Of a DNA stretch of 64,000 nucleotides, positions 43,036 to 53,310 are shown in pieces; the first letter of the stretch is position 1; each line of letters opens with the position of its first letter. The notes beneath the pieces are model-generated. The model searched no databases, had not been told where the DNA came from, and saw nothing but the letters and a program-made list of their open reading frames with translations. Made by a program: the position numbers and the translations under genes. Source of the DNA: Thecamonas trahens ATCC 50062 (Eukaryota > Protista > Apusomonadida); assembly GCF_000142905.1 (NCBI RefSeq), contig NW_013657664.1:124001-188000 (forward strand). The letters run 5' to 3'.

Positions 43036-44915
43036 ATGAGTCGAGCACAACTCGAGGGCGAGCTTTTGAGCGAGCTGCATGCGCTTCGCAACCAGCCCCG
43101 GGCGTACGCTCAGCGGCTAGCACGCCTCCGCAGGCACTACGACGAGGCGTCCGGCATGCTCCGGCTGCCGGGGCAAACACCGATTCTGACAGCCGAAGGT
43201 GTCGCTGCGCTAGATGAGGCCATTGATGTGCTGGTGGAAATCGCGGCACCGCTGCCGCTGCTCACACCCTACCGCGGACTCGCCGCCGCCGCTGCTGAAC
43301 ACTGCGCGGATCTCGCGCGGACCGGCGAGGCCTCGCACTTTGGCTCGGACGGCTCAGCGCCGGCGCAGCGTGTAGAGCGGTATGGTAAGTGGCGAGTGGC
43401 AACAGCTGAGAACATTTCGTACGGCGGCGAGTCGGCCTTTCGCATCATGGCTAAGCTGCTTATCGACGACGGCGTGCCCGATCGTGGCCATCGTGCCACC
43501 ATGCTGGACCCCGAATACGCCTGCGTCGGCATTGCTGTTGCGTCACACCCCGTCTACAACACCGTTGCCGTCTTCGAGTTTGCAGCCGTCTTTGAGGACG
43601 CGCTGGCAATTGCCCCGCCACCGTCACTTCTCTCTGATCCAACATGCCTTACCCCCAACGCCGCGCCGCCCGACGAAGGCACAGGACCACCGTGCGCCGG
43701 GTGCGGCGAGCGGATTGTCCGCACCGGTACACGCGCTCTCAACAAGGAGTGGCATCCAGAGTGTCTCAAATGTGCGGTGTGTGGCGATGTGCTCAACGGT
43801 GACTTTTTCACCAAAAACGGCGCCGTCTACTGCGAGCGCGACTTTAAGGACAGCTTTACTCCGCGCCGCTGCCCAGCGTGCCAAGTCCTCGTCTATGCCA
43901 ATCCTGACACATCGATAGACGGCTCGTCGTGGCACTCGTGTTGCTTTGTCTGCTCCATTTGCGATGCGCCGCTGAGTGCAGAGACTGCAAGGCTCTCGCC
44001 AGACGGGTGCACACTGACGTGCTCCGAACACGCGCTAGAGCTCACACAGGCTAACGCGCACCCATCTTCTCTCACAGTACCAGAGCCACAACCACAAGTT
44101 GCACCCGCCAGTCCTGTGCAAAACACTACAAGACTCTCCATCTTCTCGCTCGGATCGTTGTCTGAGATGGTGGCCCAGCCCGGTGCAACAAGCAACGATG
44201 TGCCGCCCCTCCGTTTGACGCTGTCCCACAACCATCACAACCGTCGCACACCCAACCGCCGCCATTTGACACGGACGTCCTACCTGTCGAGTCTTCTGAG
44301 CCTTCTGCGGTACCTCCCAGATTTGACTCCTCTCGATTGGCTGTGTTTGGCCTTGGATCGCTCTCGGATATGGTGGCGCATCAAGCTGGCGTGCCCAAAA
44401 AGCCAGTTGATCAAGATCCTGCGATAGGGGAGCAGCCAGTGGCAAAACCGATGACACGGCTCTCTGTCTTTCGACTTGGCGCGCTGTCGGAAATGGTTGA
44501 ACCGTCATCAACAGCAGCCCGCCCGCGGCCGGTACCGCGACCTCAACACGATCAAAACGCCGATCCGGCAAGCCAGACCATCAACGGCAGCACGATCTAC
44601 AGCCTTCCGCCGCTCTCGGCGATGGCAGAGGGCTCCAGGAGGCCTACACTGGTGAGTCTTAGCCTTGGGCCTTCTCTGCAAGCCGAGGCGCTTTGCCAGA
44701 CGCGCTTGTCGGCGCCCCCAGCAACTGGCCTTTCAACGACAGTCTTCGCAGAGCCGAGGCGGCCAGCAATGACGGCTCGGTCCAGAGCTCGAGCCCCATC
44801 TGGCACTCTCTCCGAACGATCGTCGCTTACGTACATCTCGCCCACCAAGATCGCTGCTGCCAACAAGGCTCCTCTTGAAGCCATCACTTCATCGTTCTCC
44901 TCCAACTTTGTGTAG
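43036..44915 (+). CDS. CAP/SCP domain plus two LIM domains plus repeated RLxxFxLGxLSxMV motifs; apparent 1-nt deletion at 44206-44209
   Basis: SHFGSDGS, AENISYG and LLIDDGVPDRGHR (CAP); CAGC..WHPECLKCAVC..YCERD and CPAC..WHSCCFVCSIC..CSEH (LIM). Confidence 0.8.
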
Positions 44916-45844
44916 CTCGGCAGGACGATGCACATCCGGAGAGTTAAACTGTGATGGCCACACCGTGAAAGTGATGTGATGCGTCCGTGCGCGCGCTTCC
45001 TCGCACCTGTGGTGAACGTTGCAATTGTGTCCTAGCCAATTAGCCACCACAGCCAACCCCGCGCCGTAGATTGTGACGTGTTGTGTCCTGTGTCTTGCGC
45101 CTCGCGTCTGACGAAAGCTGTGCTCATGCGCGAACAAAGAGTCACCCAACCAAACTCACCCCTAACCATCTCGACTGGCTCGATCTGCTTGACCTGCTTG
45201 ACCGCCTTTGAGCGCGAAGCAATCATCTTCTGGCCCTCTTCCCAAGTTCACCAAGCCATGGCCTTGATTTTGTCGGTCAAGTGCCTGCACCCGCTTGTTA
45301 TGCCACCGACATCGTCCGCTGTGGCATCGTGTTGAGGCCGAACGAGTTGACCAGCAACCGGAGCGAGTGGCGGCTCGTTCTGTCTTTGCCCGGCGGCACC
45401 CGCACCAGCACCACCACCAGCACCAGCACCACCAGCACTTCCCTCGCCGCGAAGGGGGCTCCATCCCAGAGTAAGCAACCCATAGCGGAGGGTGCGGCGC
45501 AACGTAGTGCAACGCATCCCAAGAGTGGGACGAGGGCGCATGGCACACCGCGCCAAGCGCGAGAGCGTGGGCAAGCCGTTCTACATTCTACCTCCCCTTC
45601 CCCCTCCTCCTCCTCCCCTTTCATACGCATACCCTTGCATGTGCTGTCATCCTCCCATACATATACAGCGCAGCGCGTAGCTTCCATGTCGTGGCTCGTG
45701 GCGAGCCGGGCCGGGCGTGGAGCTTTGACCCGAATGGCGATCGATCGTGGTAGCTGTCACAAGGCCGGCGAATGTGGTTCACGACCTTTTCTGGAGCGCA
45801 CGCGCTCGACGTCGCACACTCACCTCGCGAACATACTAGTCGGG

Positions 45845-48541
45845 ATGAGTGCTGATGCGACGAATCGGGACTCGCTAGACAAGCTGCAGGCTGCAGGTTT
45901 GCGTGGGCTCTCCCCTTCTCTTTGGCAAGCTATGCTTGCGGCAGACTGTGGCGTGACTGCCGAGACGGAGGAGATCGACACGGTCAAGGATGCTCTGGTG
46001 GCGTTTTGTGAGAAGCGGGCGGCTTCGGAGGTCGAGGGAGTGACCCTGTCTAGGGATGATTGGATTGAGGTTGCCAGCTCGTGTCTGAGTCACAACTTTG
46101 CGGCCAGCCTGTCCGTGGCTGGATTTGTGGACTTCATGCTCACTACTGCAGCGCGGGAGGCTCAGGCCAAGGCTGAGCTGGAAGCGCGGGAGGCTCAGGC
46201 CAAGGCTGAGCTGGAAGCGCAGATTGCGGACAAGGATGCCGAGATTGCGGACAAGGATGCCGAGATTGCGGACAAGGATGCCGAGATTGCGGAGCTCAAG
46301 GCGGTGTCACAGGTGTCCCCGACGTCGAGACTCGAGGTGCCGTACTTGAAGCCAGTGCGGGCCAAACACTTTGCGGGCGTTGTGCCGACCGGTAGCCGCT
46401 GGGTTGCCTCGCCCGAGCTTCTTCTTGCGCCAATGCTGATGGGTGAAGTGGTGATGGGTGTGCTCTCTCTTGGGACCAGCGGCACGGCCTCACTGGAAGT
46501 GCAGCATCTGGATGACATCCCGGATGCGTGGACAGGCTTTGTGGCATCTGGCCTGCGTAAGGCGAACACGATCGGAAGCACCGTAGTCTGCCACGAGCTC
46601 ATCAAGGCTACCTTACCGCTGTTTCGGGGGCTCAGCAACAACCACAAGGTCCAGTCGTTCTACAGAGGCTCGGTTGGCGTGGCAGCGCTCGAGTCATCGT
46701 TGACTCATCGAGTGTGCGAGGGTCTGGGTCACGTCTTTGCCAACCAGCAAGGGACACGGGCTGGGTTCCACTCGTCCAGCTCTCAAAGCACATTCTCTGT
46801 GGCGTCACCTGCCAAGACCAACCCGAGCCACACGGACCGTGCACGTGCGAAGCGTACCGCAAACTCTTCGTCACGTAGCCACGAGCCGCAGACGTCCGGG
46901 CTGTACAGCAGCGCAGCCCGGATGAACATTGGGCGGGAGATTGCGGTCTCACATGGGCAAGGTTGGGACGGAGTGAGACCAGTTGACACCCAGCTCAGCA
47001 CCAAGGTGGATGTGCTGTTTACGTTTGAGGAGAACGAGATGGTGCTGCCATTGGGACTGTGGGAGCCTGGATTCGATCCCAAATCGGCCCAGTGTCCGAT
47101 CACCATGCACAAGAGGAAGCAGGCCTACGGCTACGCGCACAACCTCACGCGGGCCTCAGCGGGCTTTCCGCACACAATGGCGCTCGTGGCGCTGCGGTCC
47201 GAGTACCCGACGCGGGCCAACAAGGCTCTGCAGGTGCGGACGAAAATGGCGGTCGACGGCTATGTGCTCCAGGCTGAAAAGTGCCGCGCGCTTAAGGCCA
47301 AGGCCACCGACGATGAGCCTGTTGAGCACACCGAGCTGGTTCTGGACTGCGTCGAGCTGGTGCGAGCGCTGGAGGCGCCGGCGGAGCTGGAAGACGACGA
47401 AAAGTTTGACTGGTTCATGCGCAAGGTGAGCCAGTTTTCGCTGGCGATGTTTGCAGCGGCGCATGTGGCATCCGAGCGCCATGCCGTGGGCGGGGATGGG
47501 GGCGACGGGGTGAAGAACGTGTCGAAAGTGCTGTCCACAGAGGGTAAGATGGTGTACAAAGCGTTTGACGGCTCGAAGACCCGTTCGATCAACGAGCATC
47601 TTTGGCGCAAGTACGCAAGCGACGTGTTTGTGACCGGCCTGTACCAGGCTGTGGTGGACGACGAGACCGAGGAGGCGACGACTGACATGGGCATGGCATA
47701 CCTTGTCGGCCGAGCCAAGGCGGCGGCGCAAGGTGCGGGTGCAAGCAGAGAAGCGCTGCCGTCGGACCGGGACGAGCTGCTGGCGAGCCTGGAGAACCTG
47801 ATATCGGAGCAGCAGGGAACCGACAGCGACATTTGGGCGATGCAGGCAGCCTGCGATGATCTCCGTGCTGCAGCCAACAGCGGAGGTATGCCTGGCAAGC
47901 GGGTGCTGGGCAGCGACGGACGCTGGTACCGCGAATACGGACTAGTCATGCGTCTGGTGCCTGCAGTGGCCGACGTGACGGTGGCGCACTTTGTGTCGCT
48001 GTTCAAAACTCTCCAATGCATGGACAACGACGGAGTGGCCCACCTCGACATCCGCGACGCCAACTTGGTGTTTGGGGCCGACGGGAAGACACACATCATC
48101 GACTGGGATCTGGCCGGCGTGTCTGGAGAGGCTGTGTATCCGGTTGGGTTCAATTGGGTCACCGACGGCATGCGTGTCGAGTCGGTCATGGATGCTGTGG
48201 CCAAAAACGAGACCCCTACTGGCTACGCGTGGCACGACGTTGTGGGCGCGGGCGGGGTCATGAAGCTGTACTCCTGCGATTCAAAGGACAATCGGACGGT
48301 CTGGAAAAAGGTGACCGAGACCCTGGTGAATGTGGACGATGCCTCGTCGGCGAGGTCCGCTTTGGCAGTTGCCATTGAGGAGCTTAGCTCGAAGGAGAAC
48401 GTTCGCTTGTGGTGCCTTGGGCGGGAGAAGACCGTCTTGGCAACTGACTCTCCTCCGCTCTCGCCCGATGGATCACCGGCTCGGGCGGCGGTGGGGTCGT
48501 CGTCAGCAGAGTCGTCGCCAGCTGGCTCATCATCGACCTAG
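45845..48541 (+). CDS. Crinkler-like effector architecture: helical header, heptad repeat, PD-(D/E)xK restriction-endonuclease-like domain, kinase-like domain (start could be 45686)
   Basis: (DKDAEIA)x3; KVDVLF...LGLWE...KRKQAYGYAHN; HLDIRDANLVFG..HIIDWDLAG..YPVGFN. Confidence 0.62.
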   Translation: MSADATNRDSLDKLQAAGLRGLSPSLWQAMLAADCGVTAETEEIDTVKDALVAFCEKRAASEVEGVTLSRDDWIEVASSCLSHNFAASLSVAGFVDFMLTTAAREAQAKAELEAREAQAKAELEAQIADKDAEIADKDAEIADKDAEIAELKAVSQVSPTSRLEVPYLKPVRAKHFAGVVPTGSRWVASPELLLAPMLMGEVVMGVLSLGTSGTASLEVQHLDDIPDAWTGFVASGLRKANTIGSTVVCHELIKATLPLFRGLSNNHKVQSFYRGSVGVAALESSLTHRVCEGLGHVFANQQGTRAGFHSSSSQSTFSVASPAKTNPSHTDRARAKRTANSSSRSHEPQTSGLYSSAARMNIGREIAVSHGQGWDGVRPVDTQLSTKVDVLFTFEENEMVLPLGLWEPGFDPKSAQCPITMHKRKQAYGYAHNLTRASAGFPHTMALVALRSEYPTRANKALQVRTKMAVDGYVLQAEKCRALKAKATDDEPVEHTELVLDCVELVRALEAPAELEDDEKFDWFMRKVSQFSLAMFAAAHVASERHAVGGDGGDGVKNVSKVLSTEGKMVYKAFDGSKTRSINEHLWRKYASDVFVTGLYQAVVDDETEEATTDMGMAYLVGRAKAAAQGAGASREALPSDRDELLASLENLISEQQGTDSDIWAMQAACDDLRAAANSGGMPGKRVLGSDGRWYREYGLVMRLVPAVADVTVAHFVSLFKTLQCMDNDGVAHLDIRDANLVFGADGKTHIIDWDLAGVSGEAVYPVGFNWVTDGMRVESVMDAVAKNETPTGYAWHDVVGAGGVMKLYSCDSKDNRTVWKKVTETLVNVDDASSARSALAVAIEELSSKENVRLWCLGREKTVLATDSPPLSPDGSPARAAVGSSSAESSPAGSSST
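46153..46291 (+). repeat. coding tandem repeats: 33-nt x2 (AREAQAKAELE) and 21-nt x3 (GCGGACAAGGATGCCGAGATT)
   Basis: Near-perfect DNA-level copies are visible. Confidence 0.9.
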
Positions 48542-49595
48542 CCGCCGTCAGGGGGTCGGTAGACCCAGAATCACCCCCCCCCCCCCTCCCCTCTGTTCCC
48601 GCCGCACCCGTTCCTTGAAGGCCGGGTCAGCAGCGACTACAGCTGTGGCAAGCTAATGTAAAACTCAACATTCACGGCTGCCCAGCGATCTCGTCGCACC
48701 CGAAACTGCGCGCGCCTCCAACCACCTCGGTCGTCCGAGCACAGTCAGCGACGTCTATCGGCCGCCCCTCCCCCTTCATCGACTCAGGAGCACACACACA
48801 CACATTATCTCACACCTGAAACGGGGGAGACATCCATTGAGCCGTCGGTCCGCCGACGGTAACCAGTGCCGTCACATGCTGTCGGCACTAACATTCACAT
48901 TGCCAGCCTTTCCCTGGTGGGCCGCCGGATGCTCGGTGGTCCTGAGCTGCAACCAGGACAGAGGATGGCCTCTTGGAGGGTGGGATGAGACGGAACGTCG
49001 GTCGTCGACGTCCCAGAGAGGGATTCCAAGTGAGCAGAGTACGCTGCAGTCGATGTTGAACACCCTACAAGTTGTAGGGTTGTATCTCTTGCGGATGTGC
49101 TTTAAGGCGGCCGTCTTCTCGCTTCTGTGAGATCAGTGATTTTGCATTTCTTGGGACCGGCGCACAATCCCACATCAGATGACACAACGGAATGGTGCCT
49201 TTCTGCTATACACCCTGCAACAACTCTCTAGCACGTGATCTGGAGCACAGGAGCTCTCAACGGCTCTGCTGTGTCTCGTCCATATTGTCAATGCCATACC
49301 GCAATGCCAAACTCTTCCCCCCCCCCCTCTCCACGCGATCCGACGCATCTGTCCCAAGGCAGGAGGGAGACGCTCTCCCTTGCTGGACAGCTAGCCCCTG
49401 CACCCCTGCAGGGTGGCGGATGACCCCTACTCGGCCCGGCTCGCGCTCACGCCGGCCCGATCCGTGTCCTGACTTTTACCCAAGGTCAGGCCCCAAGTCC
49501 AAACGCATCATGCGTGCGACGAGGCTCACAGGGAAGCTTGCGCCTAGAGTTCCAGGAGTCTGCAGGAAGCCCGTGCGACACTCGGTAGGTAGTTG

Positions 49596-50048
49596 TCACA
49601 CATTGTCAGCTGAGTGCTGATAGCCGATCAGATCAGGAGCGCCCAGAGGCGGGTCCTTCGACAGAACGATGATCATGGCCGGATGATCGTTGTGCGACTC
49701 AATGGTGGAGACCTGATGCAGGCCCGGTATCTTCCGTTTGAGTGCCTCAGCAACCGAGACAGCCTTGGGCACAGCCCGTCCGCGAGCACGGATTTCAAGC
49801 ATTGGACCCTCTGCAAGCACCTTTGCGCCGTATCCCACATACAACTTGACCTTACCTGCCCCTCCCTCCACACCCACCCCACAGCATCCATCCACAACAA
49901 CAACATTCACAACGTGTCCGTGAGTCCCACTGTCGTTCGGATGACCCTCCCCCTCCCCCCCCCTCCCGCCTCACCTACCCTGTGTGGTCACACCAATGGC
50001 ATGGGCGGGCAGGCCTCCGTTGGTGCCGGCCGGGCTGGAAGCAGCCAT
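49596..50048 (-). CDS. Alba-domain protein (RPP25/Alba-like); exons 50048-49979, 49855-49596
   Basis: VTTQG/KVKLYVGYG...IRARGRAVPKAVSVAEALKRKIPGLHQ...AMIIVLSKDP..GYQ. Confidence 0.82.
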
Positions 50049-50231
50049 GCTAGATGCAAGTGCTGGCACTGGTGCTGGTGCTAGTTGGTCACTGCTTCTA
50101 CCTTCAACCTCTACCTTCACCCGTGTCCACAGCGGACTCCGTGTGAGAGTTGAGTGGGCGTGCGAGTGCGGCCGGCGAGCTGTCCACAGTGGAAACGAGC
50201 TCAGCAGGCAGGTCGTTGGCGACGATTGCGT

Positions 50232-52934
50232 TCATTCCTCCTCCTCATCATTGTCGTCTTCGCCATCATTTTCGTTCTCGCCACTAGCTGGCCGAGTAGT
50301 AGATGATGATCTCTTGCGCTTGCGCCGCTTGCGACGGCTGCCGCTATCGCCAGATCTTGATCGGCGACGGCGGCGGGGATGACTACCACCTTGGTCGTCA
50401 TCATCGCCGTCGTTGTCCGCCTCGTCGCCGGACTCGCTGTCATCCTGGCGGACATCAACATCGTCGTCGTCATCGTCGTCGTCGTCGCTGTCGTCGCTAT
50501 CGTCGCTGTCGTTGTCGCCGTCGTTGCCATCGTCGTCGTAGGAGCTTTCGTTGTCGTCGCCTTCCTCGCCGACCGACGCTTGCTCGAGCTCGGCAAGTAG
50601 GAGTTCCGCCGAGGCCTCGACGGTGTCAGGAACGACCGAGACCGGAGCAGTCAGGGCAGCAGCGCCCCAGACCACATCCATCAGGTCGTCATCGTCGCCG
50701 CTAGCAGGAGCTGCTGGCGGCTCGGCAGACGTGGATGCTGGCTGTTCGTGAGCAGATAACGAGGACGGCTGAGGCGCCGGACTGGCGACAGCTTCGGGAG
50801 CGGGTACGATTTGCGGTGGCGCTTGCGGCTCCTGCTTGGCGAGGTCTGATGGACGCGACACCGGATCGAGGGTCTTGCGTGCCTTGCGAGGACCGGTTGG
50901 AGTCTGGTCGAGGTGCGGCGGGGCAGAGCGAGCGCGCTTGCGAGAAAGTCCGGGCGCCGAGGCCACGGCGGCCTCATCGGCCTCGTCGACGTTCTGAGGG
51001 CGCTTCTTGCGGAGCTCAGCAAGCGCGGTCTCCATTTCCTCATCGTCATGAACCGGACGGAGCTCTTGGGCTTTGGCGGCGGCTTCGACTGCGCGGTACT
51101 TGCCCATTTCAGCGATGGGCAAGCTGAAGCGGTCGACGTCGGCAGCGGGAGCGAGACGAACGCTCGGATCCAGCCGTGACCGCAGCAGGGCGAGTGAGTC
51201 AAGCAACTCTGTCGCTGGAATGTCAAAGACGTTCGTCGAGTGCACGGCAGTGTGGGTGGCGAGACTGGCGGTGGTGAGCGAGGCAGGTAGCGAGAGGCCA
51301 TCAATCTCGTCGAGCTCAGGCGGTGGGGCGTCGCCGGAGGCGCCGGCACCGCTTTCGGCGCCAAAGCTGCGTGCGGCAGACGAGGCAGCCAGTGCCGCTT
51401 TGGGATCTTCCAGCACGTCTGACAGTGCGGCCGGAGCGGCAGCGGCGATGGCGGCATTGACATCGGCCACAAACTTGTCGGCTTCCTTTGCAGCCGCGGC
51501 TGTGGTAGACTTGAGCGAAGCTGGAATGGAAAAGTGGTATCCGACTAGCTGCGAGACGTCGGGCATGGCCGCCGGCGGAAGACCAAACTTCTTAAAGGCC
51601 TCACGCATTATGCGGATGTAGTAGCACGGGAGCGAGGCAAAGTAGGCTGCCATGGCAGCGCGCCAGCGCGGCGACGAGACGGCCGCGTTCTTGGACTCGA
51701 CAGCCTCATCGAGGAGCGGCCAGAGATGGCCAAAGTTGTAGGGGAGGACGTAGAGGTGAACACGGTCGCGGGCAGGCGTCAATTTGAGCATGGCAAATGG
51801 GTAGCCGAGCGAGTCGGCCTGCGACGAGGAGCCAGGAACAAAGACGTGCCAAGCACCGGCTGGCGGATGGGCCCGCATAAATGCTGTGAGGGCACAATCC
51901 TGAACGTCATAGCGGTCGTAGGGAAAGCCTTCTGGGATGCGGCGCGAGGCATCCTTGATGAGGACGTGCAGGTCCGGGACGGCGCTGCGGGGCGGAAGTC
52001 GGGCGAGCGAGGTGGTGGGGAAGAAGTTCTCAGGAATGGGCCACATGCCGGTGCCAACGGCACTCGACAGGATAAGGCCCGACTCGGAGGCGAGGGTCTG
52101 CGGTGAGACCTTGTCCGGCAGACCGTCCGGGGCGGCAATCTTCCAGGTGATGTGAACGCGCGGGATGACCGGGAACATTGAATCGACAGCACGGAGGAGA
52201 GCCTTGAGCGACCAGGCTTCGACGACAGCGCCGCCGGTGACAAACGACATGGCGGCGGCTGGGACGCGCGACGAGGAGATGCGACGGTAGAGGAGGTCCT
52301 CTGGAATGGGCGTGTCCGGCGGGAGCGTCTGGCCGACCGGGGAGCGGAACGACGAGCCCCATTCGGATGGGACCGGCGTGGACGGTGAGCGCTTGGGCGG
52401 TGGGCCGGTGGCCGGAATGCGGAGGACAAGAGTGTGAACGGTCTGATCCCAGCGGAATGGCTCGCGGGTCAGCTCCATGCCCGGCCAGTGTGCCGGCGGG
52501 AGGGTGAGGGTCTTGGCCGGGCCGGACTCGGAGGTGAGCGACGAGCCGTCGGTAACGAGCAGGACCTGCGAGGGAACAGCGGCCGGGAGCGAGCGGCCGG
52601 CGGTGTACGAGTCGCTCTCGCGCTGCAGACGGAAGGCGTTGAGCAGCATGAAGGCGAGCTTGAGGGCCGAGCCGAGGTCTGTATAGTGGACAGGCCTGAG
52701 GGCGCGGAGGGCGGCGGCAAAGACCTCGTACGGCGCGCCCCAGCCTGCAGCCACAGCCTCCAGCCCTGGCGCGCAGGTGACGAGCATAAAGTGATCGCCG
52801 CGCCCGGGTGCCTCGCGCAGGCGATTCTTGACGAACCGCTCCACAGCGCCCTTTGCGGCGTCGAGGAGGGTCATGGCCGAGCCTGTGGTCTGGGCCATGG
52901 ACACCGAGGTGTCGACCACAAAGACAAAGAGCAT
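50232..52934 (-). CDS. INTS6: Integrator complex subunit 6 (VWA domain)
   Basis: FVVDTSVSMAQ...LLDAAKGAVERF, ELTREPFRWDQ, WPIPENF, LYVLPYN and PIAEMGKY; acidic tail. Confidence 0.9.
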   Translation of the reverse strand: MLFVFVVDTSVSMAQTTGSAMTLLDAAKGAVERFVKNRLREAPGRGDHFMLVTCAPGLEAVAAGWGAPYEVFAAALRALRPVHYTDLGSALKLAFMLLNAFRLQRESDSYTAGRSLPAAVPSQVLLVTDGSSLTSESGPAKTLTLPPAHWPGMELTREPFRWDQTVHTLVLRIPATGPPPKRSPSTPVPSEWGSSFRSPVGQTLPPDTPIPEDLLYRRISSSRVPAAAMSFVTGGAVVEAWSLKALLRAVDSMFPVIPRVHITWKIAAPDGLPDKVSPQTLASESGLILSSAVGTGMWPIPENFFPTTSLARLPPRSAVPDLHVLIKDASRRIPEGFPYDRYDVQDCALTAFMRAHPPAGAWHVFVPGSSSQADSLGYPFAMLKLTPARDRVHLYVLPYNFGHLWPLLDEAVESKNAAVSSPRWRAAMAAYFASLPCYYIRIMREAFKKFGLPPAAMPDVSQLVGYHFSIPASLKSTTAAAAKEADKFVADVNAAIAAAAPAALSDVLEDPKAALAASSAARSFGAESGAGASGDAPPPELDEIDGLSLPASLTTASLATHTAVHSTNVFDIPATELLDSLALLRSRLDPSVRLAPAADVDRFSLPIAEMGKYRAVEAAAKAQELRPVHDDEEMETALAELRKKRPQNVDEADEAAVASAPGLSRKRARSAPPHLDQTPTGPRKARKTLDPVSRPSDLAKQEPQAPPQIVPAPEAVASPAPQPSSLSAHEQPASTSAEPPAAPASGDDDDLMDVVWGAAALTAPVSVVPDTVEASAELLLAELEQASVGEEGDDNESSYDDDGNDGDNDSDDSDDSDDDDDDDDDVDVRQDDSESGDEADNDGDDDDQGGSHPRRRRRSRSGDSGSRRKRRKRKRSSSTTRPASGENENDGEDDNDEEEE

Positions 52935-53310
52935 GGCGGGGGTGTGTGGAGGGTGTGGAGGGTGTGGAGGGAGTGGAGGGTGTGGAGAGTGTGGAGGGTG
53001 TGGAGGGATGGAGGGGCGGGATGAGGGAGAGAGCCAAGTGCAGAGCTTGCCTGTCTGCAGGCCGTGGTGTGTGGTGGCTGGGGAGGGGGGGGNNNNNNNN
53101 NNNNNNNNNNNNNNNNNNNNNNNNNNNNNNNNNNNNNNNNNNNNNNNNNNNNNNNNNNNNNNNNNNNNNNNNNNNNNNNNNNNNNNNNNNNNGTCCCCCC
53201 CCTACCCAGCCACAGCCACTCTCCACCTGACGTATCCTCCATCCACAGCCTCAGCCACAGCCACCACAGCCCTCTCACAGCCCCCCCCCCCTCCCCCGCC
53301 TCCCTTCTCT

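Noticed and set aside
44916-49595. Intact transposon boundaries around the Crinkler-like gene
   Set aside because: No terminal inverted repeats, LTRs or target-site duplication could be found by eye.
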